A stretch of 64,000 bases of DNA, from the NCBI RefSeq assembly GCF_006345805.1, contig NW_021832435.1, positions 1 through 64,000 on the forward strand, given 5' to 3'. The stretch comes from Octopus sinensis (lineage: Eukaryota). Made by a program: the position numbers and the translations under genes. Positions 1 through 11,684 of this stretch are shown piece after piece (position 1 is the first letter of the stretch; each line of letters opens with the position of its first letter). Below the pieces are notes generated by a model. That model saw only the letters and a list, made by a program, of their open reading frames with translations, was not told where the DNA came from and searched no databases.

Positions 1-628
1 GTGTGCTTGTGTAGAAGTGTGTGTGAATGTGTGTGTGCTTGTGAAGATATGCGTGTGTAGAAGTGTGTGCTTTTATGCTTGTGTGCGTGTGTAGAAGTGT
101 GTTTGTGAAGATATGTTTGTGTAGATGTGTGTGTGTATGCTTATTTCTGTGTTTGCATATGTGTGTGTGTGTGTGTGATTGATTGTGTGTGAGTGTGTGT
201 TTACGTGTATTTGCGTCTGTTTACGTGTGCGCACGCACGCACGCACAAACACACACATACACACACACACTCGCGTGCGCGCGTGTCTGTATGTGTATCT
301 GTAAACGTGTGTCTGTGTGCGCGTGTAAATTTGTGTACGTGCGTGTTTGTTGTGTGTGTGTGTGTGAGTGTGTGAGTGTGTGTGTGTGTGTGTGTGTGTA
401 TACTGAAATCTGTTGTTGACAAAAATATATCCACCTGGTGCATGAGACCTTTTCGTGATGAATTCAATTTAGGGAAGGGCTATCGCACACGCACGCACGT
501 ACACACACACATATATACACATACACACACACAAATACACACATACACACAAATACACACATACACACAAATACACACATACACACACACAAATACACAC
601 ATACACACAAACATACACATTCACACAC
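1..628. repeat. Degenerate (TG)n / (CA,CATA)n microsatellite tracts
   Basis: Runs of gtgt at 1-400 and acac/atacacac at 487-628; overlapping ORFs are V/C/H/T low-complexity artefacts. Confidence 0.9.
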
Positions 629-777
629 CTTAGGCCTACCATTATCACACGACGCTCGTAAATCAGAACCTGGCTTCAGATGTGATGTCACGGTTGAACA
701 GTCGGGACGGCCAGTGTAATACTCTAGTCGAAGTTCGAGTATTGAGTTCCGGATTTTAAACCTCTCTCCGTCTAGAC

Positions 778-1420
778 CGGAGGGTTTCAACTATTTTTTT
801 TTTTTATCAATGGACCCCTTTGATTACTATTTTATTCTGGTGGACCGTCATAGCCATTTACTCTCTTACTCTTTTTACTCTTTTACTTGTTTCAGTCATT
901 TGACTGCGACCATGCTGGAGCACCGCCTTTAGTCGAGCAAATCGACCCCGGACTTATTCTTTGTAAGCCCAGTACTTATTCTATCGGTCTCTTTTCCGAA
1001 CCGCTAAGTGACGGGACGTAAACCAACCAGCATCGGGTTGTCAAGCAATGCTAGGGGGATAAACAAAGACACACAAACCACACCACATACATACATATAT
1101 ATATATATACATATATACGACGGGCTTCTTTCAGTTTCCGTCTACCAAATCCACTCACAGGCATTGGTCGCCCGGGCTATAGCAAAGACACTTGCCCAAG
1201 ATGCCACGCTGGGACTGAACCCGGAACCATGTGGTTGTTTAGCAAGCTACTTACTACACAGCCACTCCTGCGCGTATTTGATGTAAAAAAAAACCAAAAT
1301 AACACTTGTTTTATAGGAACTTCTTTCAAAATTCCTTGTTAGTTTTTTAGACATTAACTTATGTAGGTTGAACAATGTAAAACGGGGCTCTCAACCATTT
1401 TTACATCTATGGACCCCTTT
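778..1420 (+). mobile_element. hAT-like MITE relic interrupted by SINE-A
   Basis: Starts cggagggtttcaac after gtctagac (same NTCTAGAN context as the MITE at 6726); internal ggaccc/catagcc/ttatagaaac motifs recur at 2010-2130 and 6740-6800; no right end found. Confidence 0.35.
859..1273 (-). mobile_element. SINE-A, full length (tRNA-derived head, CORE-like ccttgggcaagt segment, internal TA/TG microsatellite, (AAAAGAGT)n tail)
   Basis: Minus strand reads gcgcaggagtggctgtgtagtaag (A box) ... ggttcagtccc (B box) ... cttgggcaagtgtc ... ggcggtgctccagcatgg ... cagtcaaatgactgaaacaagtaaaagag; matches ~25 other copies. Confidence 0.9.
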
Positions 1421-1424
1421 GAAA

Positions 1425-1962
1425 TCAATCATCATCATTGTTCGACCTTGGTCGAGACAATGGAATTTACCATGCTACGCCAGACTTCACGGTCTATCAT
1501 GGCATTACGGAGGTCCTGTTGCTCGATGCCTGTATCCCCGGAGATTACATCAGGGTAGGAGAGTGTGCGCCCTCTGGTATTGCAAGTAGATGACTTCCAG
1601 AGGAAAGAGTAGAATTACTTCTTTTTTTTTCACTCTACAACAATGTCCAGCAAACTGGACTCTCCTACCTTTCACAAAAGATGACACAGGTTGTAGTTTC
1701 CCATATATTTGCATTTTGGTTGGATGGCGCTTCCACGAGAGATCTTGAGCTCTCATAAGGAGGCGAGTGTAGGTCCCATCCAACCGCCTCTCAAGCTTCT
1801 TTGATAACGTCCAGGTTTCTGAGCCATATGGTAGAATTGGTTCGACTGTGGCTTTGAAGATTTCAAGTTTGAAGTCTCAACTTAGATTTGATGACCAGAT
1901 CTTATGCATGTCATTACAGGCTGACCAGGCCATACCCTTTCTAGTTAGAAAGTCTTTTCCAG
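1425..1962 (-). pseudogene. 5'-truncated RTE-clade LINE, C-terminal part of ORF2 (reverse transcriptase) with (TGA)n tail
   Basis: Minus translation EKDFLTRKGMAWSACNDMHKIW ... KIFKATVEPILPYGSETWTLSKKLERRLDGTYTRLLMRAQDLSWKRHPT ... RRVQFAGHC ... DREVWRSMVNSIVSTKVEQ* then tgatgatgattga. YGSETW and FAGHC motifs are typical of RTE ORF2; frameshifts present. Confidence 0.85.
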
Positions 1963-2140
1963 ATGATGATATGTATGACCCAAGATATTTATAATTTGAA
2001 ATACTATCTTATTCTGGTGAACCCTCATAGCCATTCGATATTTAAAATTAGTTTTATAGAAACTTCTTCAAAATTCCTATTTTGTTTTTTTTTTTCAAAT
2101 ATTAACTTAAGTAGGTTGAACAATGTAAAAACGTGTTTTT

Positions 2141-2346
2141 CTTTTATTCTTTTATTCTTTTACTTGTTTCAGTCATTTGAGACTGCGGCCATGCTGGAGC
2201 ACCGCCTTTAGTCGAATCGAATCGACCCCCCAGGACTTATTCTTTGTAAGCCTAGTACTTATTCTGTCGGTCTCTTTTGCCGAACCGCTAAGTTACGGGG
2301 ACCTAAACACACCAGCATCGGTTGTCAAGCGATGTTGGGGTGGGGG

Positions 2347-2394
<48 letters not shown>

Positions 2395-2548
2395 TATACA
2401 CACACATACATATATACATGTATACGACGGGCTTCTTTCAGTTTCCGTCTACCAAGTCCACTCACAAGGCTTTGGTCGGCCCGAGGCTATAGTAGAAGAC
2501 ACTTGCCCAAGGTGCCACGCAATGGGACTGAACCCGGAACAATGTGGT
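2141..2548 (-). mobile_element. SINE-A, missing the 5' end of the tRNA head
   Basis: Tail ttttattcttttacttgtttcagtc through B box (gggactgaacccggaac); stops before the A box. Confidence 0.85.
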
Positions 2549-2659
2549 ACTCGAGTCGATTTGCTCCACCAAAACTTTCAAGGTCGCGCTCTAGCATGAC
2601 CGAAGTCCAAGGTCACAAACAAGTAAAACGATTAAAAGATATGCATTTATTCGCGGGTG

Positions 2660-2680
2660 CTTATGTATGTGTATGCACAT

Positions 2681-2741
<61 letters not shown>

Positions 2742-2897
2742 AATGTATAGATATATACATAACACACACCACATATATATATATATATTATATACTTATA
2801 CATATATACATATATATATATATATTCTATTTGCATATATAGAAATGTATGTGTGTGTATATATATATATATATAAGCTCATACATGCACAGACACA

Positions 2898-2931
<34 letters not shown>

Positions 2932-3027
2932 CGCATACACAACACACGCACGCACGCACACACAAATGCATGTATGCAAAAAAAATTTACACACAATTCA
3001 GCAAACGCACACACGCACCTGCACTCA

Positions 3028-3083
<56 letters not shown>

Positions 3084-3085
3084 TC
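2660..3085. repeat. Compound (TA)n/(TG)n/(CA)n microsatellite block
   Basis: Direct inspection. Confidence 0.9.
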
Positions 3086-3393
3086 ACTACACACGGAGTG
3101 TGTAAGTGTTAGAAAGATGGAAGACATGTGTCCGTCCTCCTTATTATATGTCATCGTTTTCTCTAGATCCCTATCTAGAATTTAATGAGAATAAGACTTT
3201 TTATCGCTTTTCAGTGCGAATTCAGAGTAATTAGAGACTCAAGGCCGCTGTTTAGAAGATCTGGGTTATCGCAGATAAGAAAGAATACAAGCACCGTACC
3301 TCTTTTTCTTTGTCATTTTTTTTTTTTTGGTTATTTTATTATTATTGTTTTTTTATTTTAATTCTTACTTTTACTGTTTTTTCTACTTCTTCA

Positions 3394-6300
3394 GTCGATT
3401 GGCATTTCGAAGGCAAACCAGTTCGCAAAAAGTTTGGTTAGAAACGTATGTCTACGGAGCAGAGACTCGCTCGCATCTCCGAGCTGGCAGAACCGTTAGC
3501 ACGCCGGGTGATCATGCGTAGCCGTATTTCGTCTGCCGTTACGTTCTGAGTTCAAATTCCGCCGAGGTCGACTTTGCCTTTCATCCATTCGGGGGTCGAT
3601 AAATTAAGTACCAGTTACGCACTGGGGTCGATGCAATCGATGTAATCGACTTAATTCGTTTGTGTGTCCTTATTTGTCCCCTCTATGTTTAGCCCCTTGT
3701 GGGTAATAAAGAAACATATCTGTCTGTCGATTGGCATTTCGAAGGCAAACCAGTTCGCAAAAAGTTTGGTTAGAAACGTATGTCTACGGAGCAGAGACTC
3801 GCTCGCATCTCCGAGCTGGCAGAACCGTTAGCACGCCGGGTGATCATGCGTAGCCGTATTTCGTCTCTCCGTTACGTTCCGAGTTCAAATTCCGCCGAGG
3901 TCGACTTTGCCTTTCATCCATTCGGGGGTCGATAAATTAAGTACCAGTTACGCACCGGGGTCGAGGTCGATGTAATCGACTTAATTCGTTTGTGTGTCCT
4001 TATTTGTCCCCTCTATGTTTTAGCCCCTTGTGGGTAATAAAGAAACATAATCTGTCTGTCGATTGGCATTTCGAAGGCAAACCATTCGCAAAAAGTTGGT
4101 TAGAAAACGTATGTCTACGGAGCAGACTCGTCTCGCAATCTCCGAGCTGGCAGAACGTTAGCACGCCGGGTGATCATGCGTAGCCGTATTTCGTCTGCCG
4201 TTACGTTCTGAGTTCAAATTCCGCGAGGTCGACTTTGCCTTTCATCCATTCGGGGGTCGATAAATTAAGTACCAGTTACGCACTGGGGTCGATGCAATCG
4301 ATGTAATCGACTTAATTCGTTTGTGTGTCCTTATTTGTCCCCTCTATGTTTAGCCCCTTGTGGGTAATAAAGAAACATACTGTCTGTCGATTGCATTTCG
4401 AAGGCAAACCAGTTCGCAAAAAGTTTGGTTAGAAACGTATGTCCTACGGAGCAGAGACGCGCCTCGCATCTCCGAGCTGGCAGAACCGTTAGCACGGCCG
4501 GGTGATCATGCAGCCGTATTTCCGTCTGCCGTTACGTTCTGAGTTCAAATTCCGCCGAGGTCGACTTTGCCTTTCATCCATTCGGGGTCGATAAATAAGT
4601 ACCATTACGCACTGGGGTCGATGCATCGATGTAATCGACTTAATTCGTTTGTGTGTCCTTATTTGTCCCCTCTATGTTTAGGCCCTTGTGGGTAATAAAA
4701 ACATATCTGTTTGTCGATTGGCATTTCGAAGGCAAACCAGTTCGCAAAATTTGGTTAGAAAACGTATGTCTACGGAGCGAGACTCGCTCGCATCTCCGAG
4801 CTGGCAGAACCGTTTAGCACCCGGGTGATCATGCTAGCCCGTATTTCGTCGTCTGCCGTTACGTTCTGAGTTCAAATTCCGCCGAGGTCGACTTTGCCTT
4901 TCATCTTCGGGGTTCGATAAATAAGTACCATTACGCACTGGGGTCGAGGTCGATGTAATCGACTTAATTCGTTTGTGTGTCCTTATTTGTCCCCTCTATG
5001 TTTTAGCCCCTTGTGGGTAAAAAGAAACTATCTGTCTGTCGTTGGCATTTCGAAGGCAAACCAGTTCGCAAAAAGTTTGGTTAGAACGTATGTCTACGAG
5101 AGCAAGACTCGCTCGCATCTCCGAGCTGGCAGAACCGTTAGCACGCCGTTGATCCGGTGTCTGCGTAGCCGTATTTCGTCTGCCGTTACGTTCTGAGTTC
5201 AAATTCCGCCGAGGTCGACTTTGCCTTTCATTCCATTCGGGGTCGATAAATTAAGTACCAGTTACGCACTGGGTCGATGCATCGATGTAATCGACTTAGT
5301 ATTTATAATTCTTTTGTGTGTCCTTATTTGTCCCCTCTATGTTTAGCCCCTTGTGGTAATAAAAAGAAACATATCTGTCTGTCGATTGGCATTTCGAAGG
5401 CAACCAGTTCGCAAAAAGTTTGGTTAGAAACGTATGTCTACGGACAGAGATGCGCTCGCATCTATGTCTGGCAGAACCGTTAGCACGCCGGGTGATCATG
5501 CGTAGACCGTATTTCGTCTCTCCGTTACGTTCTGAGTTCAAATTCCTCTCCGCCGGAGGGCGACTTTGCCTTTCATCCATTCGGGGTCGATAAATTAATA
5601 CCAGTTACGCCACTGGGGTCGAGGTCGATGTAATCGACTTAATTCGTTTGTGTGTCCTTATTTGTCCCCTCTATGTTTAGCCCCTTGTTGGTAATAAAGA
5701 AACATATCTGTCTGTCGATTGGCATTTCGAAGGCAAACCAGTTCGCAAAAAGTTTGGTTAGAAACGTATGTCTTACGGAGCAGAGACTCGCTCGCATCTA
5801 TGTCTGGCAGAACCGTTAGCACGCCGGGTGATCATGCGTAGCCGTATTTCGTCTCTCCGTTACGTTCCGAGTTCAAATTCCGCCGAGGTCGACTTTGCCT
5901 TTCATCCATTCGGGGGTCGATAAATTAAGTACCAGTTACGCACTGGGGTCGAGGTCGATGTAATCGACTTAATTCGCGTTTGTCTGTCCTTATTTGTCCC
6001 CTCTATGTTTAGCCTCTTGTGGGTAATAAAGAAACATATCTGTCTGTCGATTGGCATTTCGAAGGCAAACCAGTTCGCAAAAGTTTGGTTAGAAAACGTA
6101 TATCTACGGAGCAGAGACTCGCTCGCATCTCCGAGCTGGCAGAACCGTTAGCACGCCGGGTGATCATGCGTAGCCGTATTTCGTCTCTCCGTTACGTTCT
6201 GAGTTCAAATTCCGCCGAGGTCGACTTTGCCTTTCATCCATTCGGGGTCGATAAATTAAGTACCAGTTACGCACTGGGGTCGATGCAATCGATGTAATCG

Positions 6301-6709
6301 ACTTAATTCGTTTGTCTGTCCTTATTTGTCCCCTCTATGTTTAGCCCCTTGTGGGTAATAAAGAAACATATCTGTCTGTCGATTGGCATTTCGAAGGCAA
6401 ACCAGTTCGCAAAAAGTTTGGTTAGAAAACGTATGTCTACGGAGCAGAGATGCGCTCGCATCTATGTCTGGCAGAACCGTTAGCACGCCGGGTGATCATG
6501 CGTAGCCGTATTTCGTCTGCCGTTACGTTCTGAGTTCAAATTCTGCCGAGGTCGACTTTGCCTTTCATCCATTTGGGGTCGATAAATTAAGTACCAGTTA
6601 CGCACTGGGGTCGAGGTCGATGTAATCGACTTAATTCGTTTGTCTGTCCTTATTTGTCCCCTCTATGTTTAGCCCCTTGTGGGTAATAAAGAAACATATC
6701 TGTCTGTCT
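3394..6709 (+). repeat. Head-to-tail tandem array, 10 units of ~325-343 bp; each unit is a ~95-bp unique segment plus a 5'-clipped SINE-B
   Basis: Unit start gtcgattggcatttcgaaggc at 3394, 3726, 4058, 4386, 4713, 5038, 5381, 5714, 6046, 6378. Each unit contains gagctggcagaaccgttagcacgccggg, B box gagttcaaattcc and tail gtgggtaataaagaaacat. Confidence 0.95.
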
Positions 6710-6725
6710 GTCTATCAATCTAGAT

Positions 6726-7122
6726 CAAGGGTTCTCGACCATTCTTTATCTTATTCAGGTGAACCCCCCCATAACTTTATAGAAACATCTTTAAACATGT
6801 TCTATTTTGCTATTCATACATTCGCTTCTGCTGAACTACGTAACAGATAGAACCATTTAAGACATTGGAAAAAAAACCTAGCTGTTTGTTGCAATATATA
6901 CCAGTATATACATCGAAAGCAAAAAGTTTACATTGACATTTCTGTTATACACGATCCCTTTTGATCGGCCCCACTTTTTTCTTTTTTTTTTCACGATTTC
7001 TTTTGATCGGAATTCTCCCCCTTTTTTTTCACGATCCCTTTATAAGACTGTTGTGAATCCTCAGTTTACAATTTTGCTGCGTGGACCCCCAAAATTCTTA
7101 TACGGAACCTTGAGAGCCACTG
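6726..7122. mobile_element. hAT-type MITE with 8-bp TSD
   Basis: Termini caagggttctcga ... ttgagagccactg (imperfect TIR); identical 8-bp flanks atctagat at 6718-6725 and 7123-7130. Confidence 0.8.
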
Positions 7123-7590
<468 letters not shown>

Positions 7591-7883
7591 TTCTTTATTG
7601 GCCACGCAGGGCTAACACAGAAGGGACAAAATACAAAGTAGAGCTTTTCTTTTTGGGAAGAAGGGAAGGGAAAAAAGGGGTGGGGGCGAATTCCGATCAA
7701 AAGGGATCGGGAAAAAAAGGGGAGAATTCCGATCAAAAGAGATCGTGAAAAAAAAAAAAGAAAAAAGTGGGGCCGATCAAAAGGGATCGTGTATAACAGA
7801 AATGTCAATGTAAAAAGGGAAAACAGATTAGGCTTGTCCGTGGATAGAAAAGACCACGGGAACCTTCGGCAATAATGTCATGC

Positions 7884-7885
<2 letters not shown>
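7591..7885 (-). mobile_element. Retroelement 3'-end fragment (LINE 3' UTR-like) ending ccaataaagaaat-(CTAT)n
   Basis: Minus-strand end ttgtcccttctgtgttagccctgcgtggccaataaagaaat resembles the SINE-B tail; flanked by (AGAT)n on both sides. Confidence 0.5.
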
Positions 7886-7963
<78 letters not shown>

Positions 7964-8149
7964 GCAGCAAGAAAGAATGGTATCAACGATAACGGCGCGA
8001 AATCGTTCTGATCATTTAGACGTCGTTGACTGATAAAGAATTAGCTGCGAATTTTCCGTTTGTTGTTTTTATTAATTCCTTGAAATATCATTTATGTAAC
8101 GCAAAGCATTCCTTATATTTCTTTACCCACCATGATAGATCGTTAGCCA

Positions 8150-8322
8150 CTACACACATTTTTTTCTCTCCTTGTTTCTCTCCTTGTTTTTTTTCTGTCC
8201 CTTTCTGTAGAAGAGCGTAGACTCGAAACGTAAAAGACGTTTTCTATTCCTGAGCGTTATACTAATACATGTTTGTTTTGTACACCACCTGTCTTTCGTC
8301 TTTTGTTTTTTTCGTAAACTCT

Positions 8323-8330
<8 letters not shown>
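8150..8330 (+). mobile_element. Short TA-associated element with hammerhead-like core (CTGTAGA-a-gagc-gtag-actc-GAAAC-GTA)
   Basis: Homologous to 9722-9838, 15100-15190 and 28950-29158 (cctgagcg...atactaatac); ends at a (TA)n run. Confidence 0.6.
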
Positions 8331-8353
<23 letters not shown>

Positions 8354-8452
8354 ATCAGGGTAAAAAATTGAATATTAATTTGATTAATATTAATTTAAAC
8401 CAGTGGCCTAGCATATTGAAAAAATCCGAAGATTCAGAAAAATTATATTACA

Positions 8453-8714
8453 TACATATAAGTGGGATGACCGCTAAGTGGACATCCAATATGCTGTATG
8501 TAGATACCATATGGTCTGACCACTAAGAAAAGATTGTTCTCAAGAAAATTCAGCAAATGCCAGAACATAAGCGAGCAAGACAAAAGAAAAGATACAAAAT
8601 ACAGCGGTTGCTGAATTTTCTTGAGAACAATCTTTTCTTAGTGGTCATACCATATGCCAGGGTCTACATCTAGCATATTGGATGTCCACTTAGTGGTCAT
8701 CCCTCTTATATGTA
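8453..8714. repeat. Fold-back inverted repeat, ~105-bp arms, ~51-bp spacer
   Basis: Left arm tacatataagtgggatgaccgc...gaaaattcagcaa (8453-8556) is the near-perfect reverse complement of ttgctgaattttc...ccctcttatatgta (8608-8714). Confidence 0.9.
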
Positions 8715-9022
8715 CGAAATATATATATATATATATACGAAAGAAGGTTTGAAAATGCAATTTTAAAAGATGTTTATTTACTTTACCGGTTTCACTCTCT
8801 GGAAAAAGATTGTCAAAAGTAAAATGTAGAAGTTTGGTTGCGTTAATTATTGGTTGTTACAAAATGCTACATTACATATATACAGTCTTTGATAACAAGG
8901 ACATGTTAAGGACATAAAAAAGTTTAACATGTTCCTTAAAATATTGGGCACAAAAGATTACAACATAAATAATCATTCTCAAGAACATGTTAAAGATAGT
9001 TTCCAGAAGGAATTATTAATAT

Positions 9023-9318
9023 GATTGATTGATTGATTGATTGATTGATTCTAGTTTCAGCTTATGAGCTGTGGCCATGCTGGGGCACCGCCATTTGGTG
9101 TTGCTACTTGGTTTCACTTCACGAAAGCTTTCTAGCAACTGCCATTTGGTGCATGAGAGAGTTCGATGCAGCTGCCCTCATCTGCCCCTCCTGCCGTGAA
9201 GTTAGTTCATCTGGGACACCTGACAGGAAGAGATCCAGCTTCATTTTAAAGACATCTGCATCCACCCCATGCAGGTCTCTCAGGTTCTTCGGGAGGATAT
9301 TGAAGAGCTGATACATTG
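9023..9318 (-). pseudogene. 5'-truncated CR1/L2-group LINE: last ~65 codons of ORF2, short 3' UTR and (AATC)n tail
   Basis: QLFNILPKNLRDLHGVDADVFKMKLDLFLSGVPDE...RAAASNSLMHQ fits the FNxLP...FKxxLDxFL..VPD..RAA.SNSL C-terminal pattern; then ggcggtgccccagcatggccacagctcataagctgaaactag(aatc)n. Confidence 0.8.
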
Positions 9319-9694
9319 TTGTATTTCGGGATGGTAATTCTTTTTGTTTTGTTATCTTTTTGCTATATAAACACGCACTGTGTATTCGTTCTTCACTCGT
9401 TTATTACTGGTCTTATTCTAACTCTTGTCCATTGTCCGGAAATCTTTTGTCACACATCTGTGACCTCCTCGGTGACACTTTCCGTCTTCGTGTGTGCTCT
9501 TGCTCTGCTTAATCAATTCTCTTAATCTATGGATGAAGCAGAGCAAACGCACACACGGAAAGTGTTGGTGAGAAGGTCACAGATGTGTGACGACAGATTT
9601 CCAGACAATGGACAAGGTTTGTGTATCTTTTCGCACAAAAATCTCATATGGAGAATTTTCGGAAAGTCTTACAATTCTTCACTGTGCCACTAAC

Positions 9695-9721
<27 letters not shown>

Positions 9722-9725
<4 letters not shown>

Positions 9726-9838
9726 ACGGGAAGCTTTATGAAAATAGACAAAAGACGAAGGCAGGTGGGAAACAAACAAACAATTGTATTAGTATGGCGC
9801 TCAGGAAATATAAATAAAACAAGTCTTTAACGTTTCGA
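9722..9838 (-). mobile_element. 3' part of the TA-associated hammerhead-like mini-element
   Basis: Reverse complement of 29017-29158 (gaaacgttaaagacttgttttatttatatttcctgagcgcc...cataaagctt); (TA)n on both sides. Confidence 0.75.
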
Positions 9839-9902
9839 TATATATTATATATATATGCATGCAAGTTACAGGTTCGCATGAGAGAAAGATACAAACTCAC
9901 AA

Positions 9903-10102
9903 AAAAAAGAAAGAAAGAAGGAAAGAAGGAAGAAAGGAAGGAAAGAAAGAAAGAAGGAAGGAAGGAAAGAAAGAAAGAAAGAAAGAAAGAAGGAAGGAAG
10001 GAAGGAAGGAAGGAAGGAAAGAAAGAAAGAAAGAAGGAAAGAAAGAAAGAACGAGAGAAAGAAAGAAAGAAAGAAAGAACGAAAGAACGAAAGAAAGAAC
10101 GA

Positions 10103-10142
<40 letters not shown>
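9903..10142. repeat. (GAAA)/(GGAA)n microsatellite
   Basis: Direct inspection; followed by the aacaattagcttccgaa anchor. Confidence 0.9.
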
Positions 10143-10349
10143 ACAATTAGCTTCCGAAGAAACAGAATGAGAGAGGGCTGGAATGAGCGGGAGACGGTGA
10201 GAGTGAAGCTAAATGAGAAAGCGGTGGCAGTTTTTTTAAAAATATAAACCAGATTAAAGGTGCGTGATAAAAACTGAGAGAAAATGATAAAAGGTTATTT
10301 TTGCACGTGTTTCTGACGATTATGTAATACGTACAGCGGTTGGTGCTCT

Positions 10350-10478
10350 CGTCGTCGTCATCGTCGTCGACGTCGTTGTTGTTGTTGTTGTTGTTGTTAT
10401 TGTTGCTGCTGCTGCTGTTGCTGTTGTTTTGTTGTTGTTGTTGTTGTTGTTGTTGTTATTGTTGTTGTTGTTGTTGTT
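10350..10478. repeat. (GTC)/(GTT)/(GCT)n trinucleotide tract
   Basis: Direct inspection. Confidence 0.9.
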
Positions 10479-10854
10479 GGACAGCTAGATGAATTCAACG
10501 TCTGATCAAGCATACCCGTGATCAAAGAGACTCTAGACAGACGAACCAATCCCATCTTTAAAAAAAACATTTTTTTTAAAAGGTTTGTTTTTGTCTTCAT
10601 TTTATTAAGGTTATTTTTATTGTGTTTTTAGGTCTGTTTTTTTTTTACATTTATTTTATTTCAACAAAAATGTTTTTTTTCCTTTGCAGGGCGTAATCCT
10701 TCATGAGGCACAAAGGAACGTATATACACTTTCGTGGCATTTTTTTAGGAGGGACAGAGTTATAACTGACCCAGATTATTGTAATTCTAATATATTACAA
10801 CACATCCAATAAGCTGACCTGCCAACGTTATATATATATATATATATATATATA

Positions 10855-11263
10855 TACTCTTTTACCCTTTTACTTGTTTCAGTCAGTTGACTGCGGCCAT
10901 GTTGGAACACCGCCTTTAGTACAGCAACTCGACCCCGGGACTTATTCTTTGTAAGCCCAGTACTATTCTATCGATCTCTTTTGCCGAACCTCTAAGTTAC
11001 GGGGACATAAACACACCATCATCGGTTGTCAAGCAATGCCAGGGAGACAAACACAGACACACAAACATACCTGCACACATATATATATATACATATATAC
11101 GATGGGCTTCTTTCAATTTCCGTCTACCAAATCCACTCACAAGGCTTTGGTCGGCCCGAGGCTATAGTAGAAAACACATGCCCAAGGTGCCACGCAGTGG
11201 GACTGAAACCGGAACCATGTAGTTGGTAAGCAAGCTACTTACCACACAGCCACTCCTACGCCT
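10855..11263 (-). mobile_element. SINE-A, full length
   Basis: Tail ctcttttacccttttacttg to head cactcctacgcct. Confidence 0.9.
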
Positions 11264-11368
11264 ATATATATATATTTATATCTTTATACATAAATATTCA
11301 AATGTGTGTATATTTTATATATTTTATATCTATATTTATATTTATTATAACTTAACATTATGTACTTT

Positions 11369-11684
11369 ATAATCTCTGACGAAGCCTCGAGATATATACA
11401 AGTACCTCATGTTCATCTTCCTATTACTTCAATCCCCCTAGCATTGCTTGACAACCGATGCTGGTGTGTTTACGTCCCCGTCACTTAGCGGTTCGGCAAA
11501 AGAGACCGATAGAATAAGTACTGAGTTACAAAGAATATATCCCGGGGTCGATTTGCTCGACTAAAGGCGGTGCTCCAGCATGGCTACAGTCACATGACTG
11601 AAACAAGTAAAAGATATAATCCACTTGAGTAATAAAGGTAGAATGAGGTATTTTTATCTATTGGCTGAAACAGCTGTAAGTTAT
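11369..11684 (+). ncRNA. Type-I hammerhead ribozyme motif with long stem II, split by a SINE-A fragment
   Basis: CTGACGA 11376-11382; stem II agcc(11383-86)/ggct(11663-66); GAAAC 11667-71; palindromic stem III acagctgt; GUA site (cut after 11678); stem I ataa(t)ct/agttat. Confidence 0.6.
11432..11612 (+). mobile_element. SINE-A 3' half (5'-truncated)
   Basis: ccccctagcattgcttgacaacc ... gactgaaacaagtaaaaga; possible aatcc target duplication. Confidence 0.9.

Noticed and set aside
3394-6709. CRISPR-like or retrozyme interpretation of the array (ctgtcga ... gaaacgta in each unit)
   Set aside because: Units are near-identical with no unique spacers. The hammerhead-like words cannot form stem I or stem II (tgtct after GUA has no partner; core has A6U), so no ribozyme is called.
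10690-10815. Coding exon after tttcctttgcag (GVILHEAQRN...)
   Set aside because: No convincing donor and no recognisable protein similarity.
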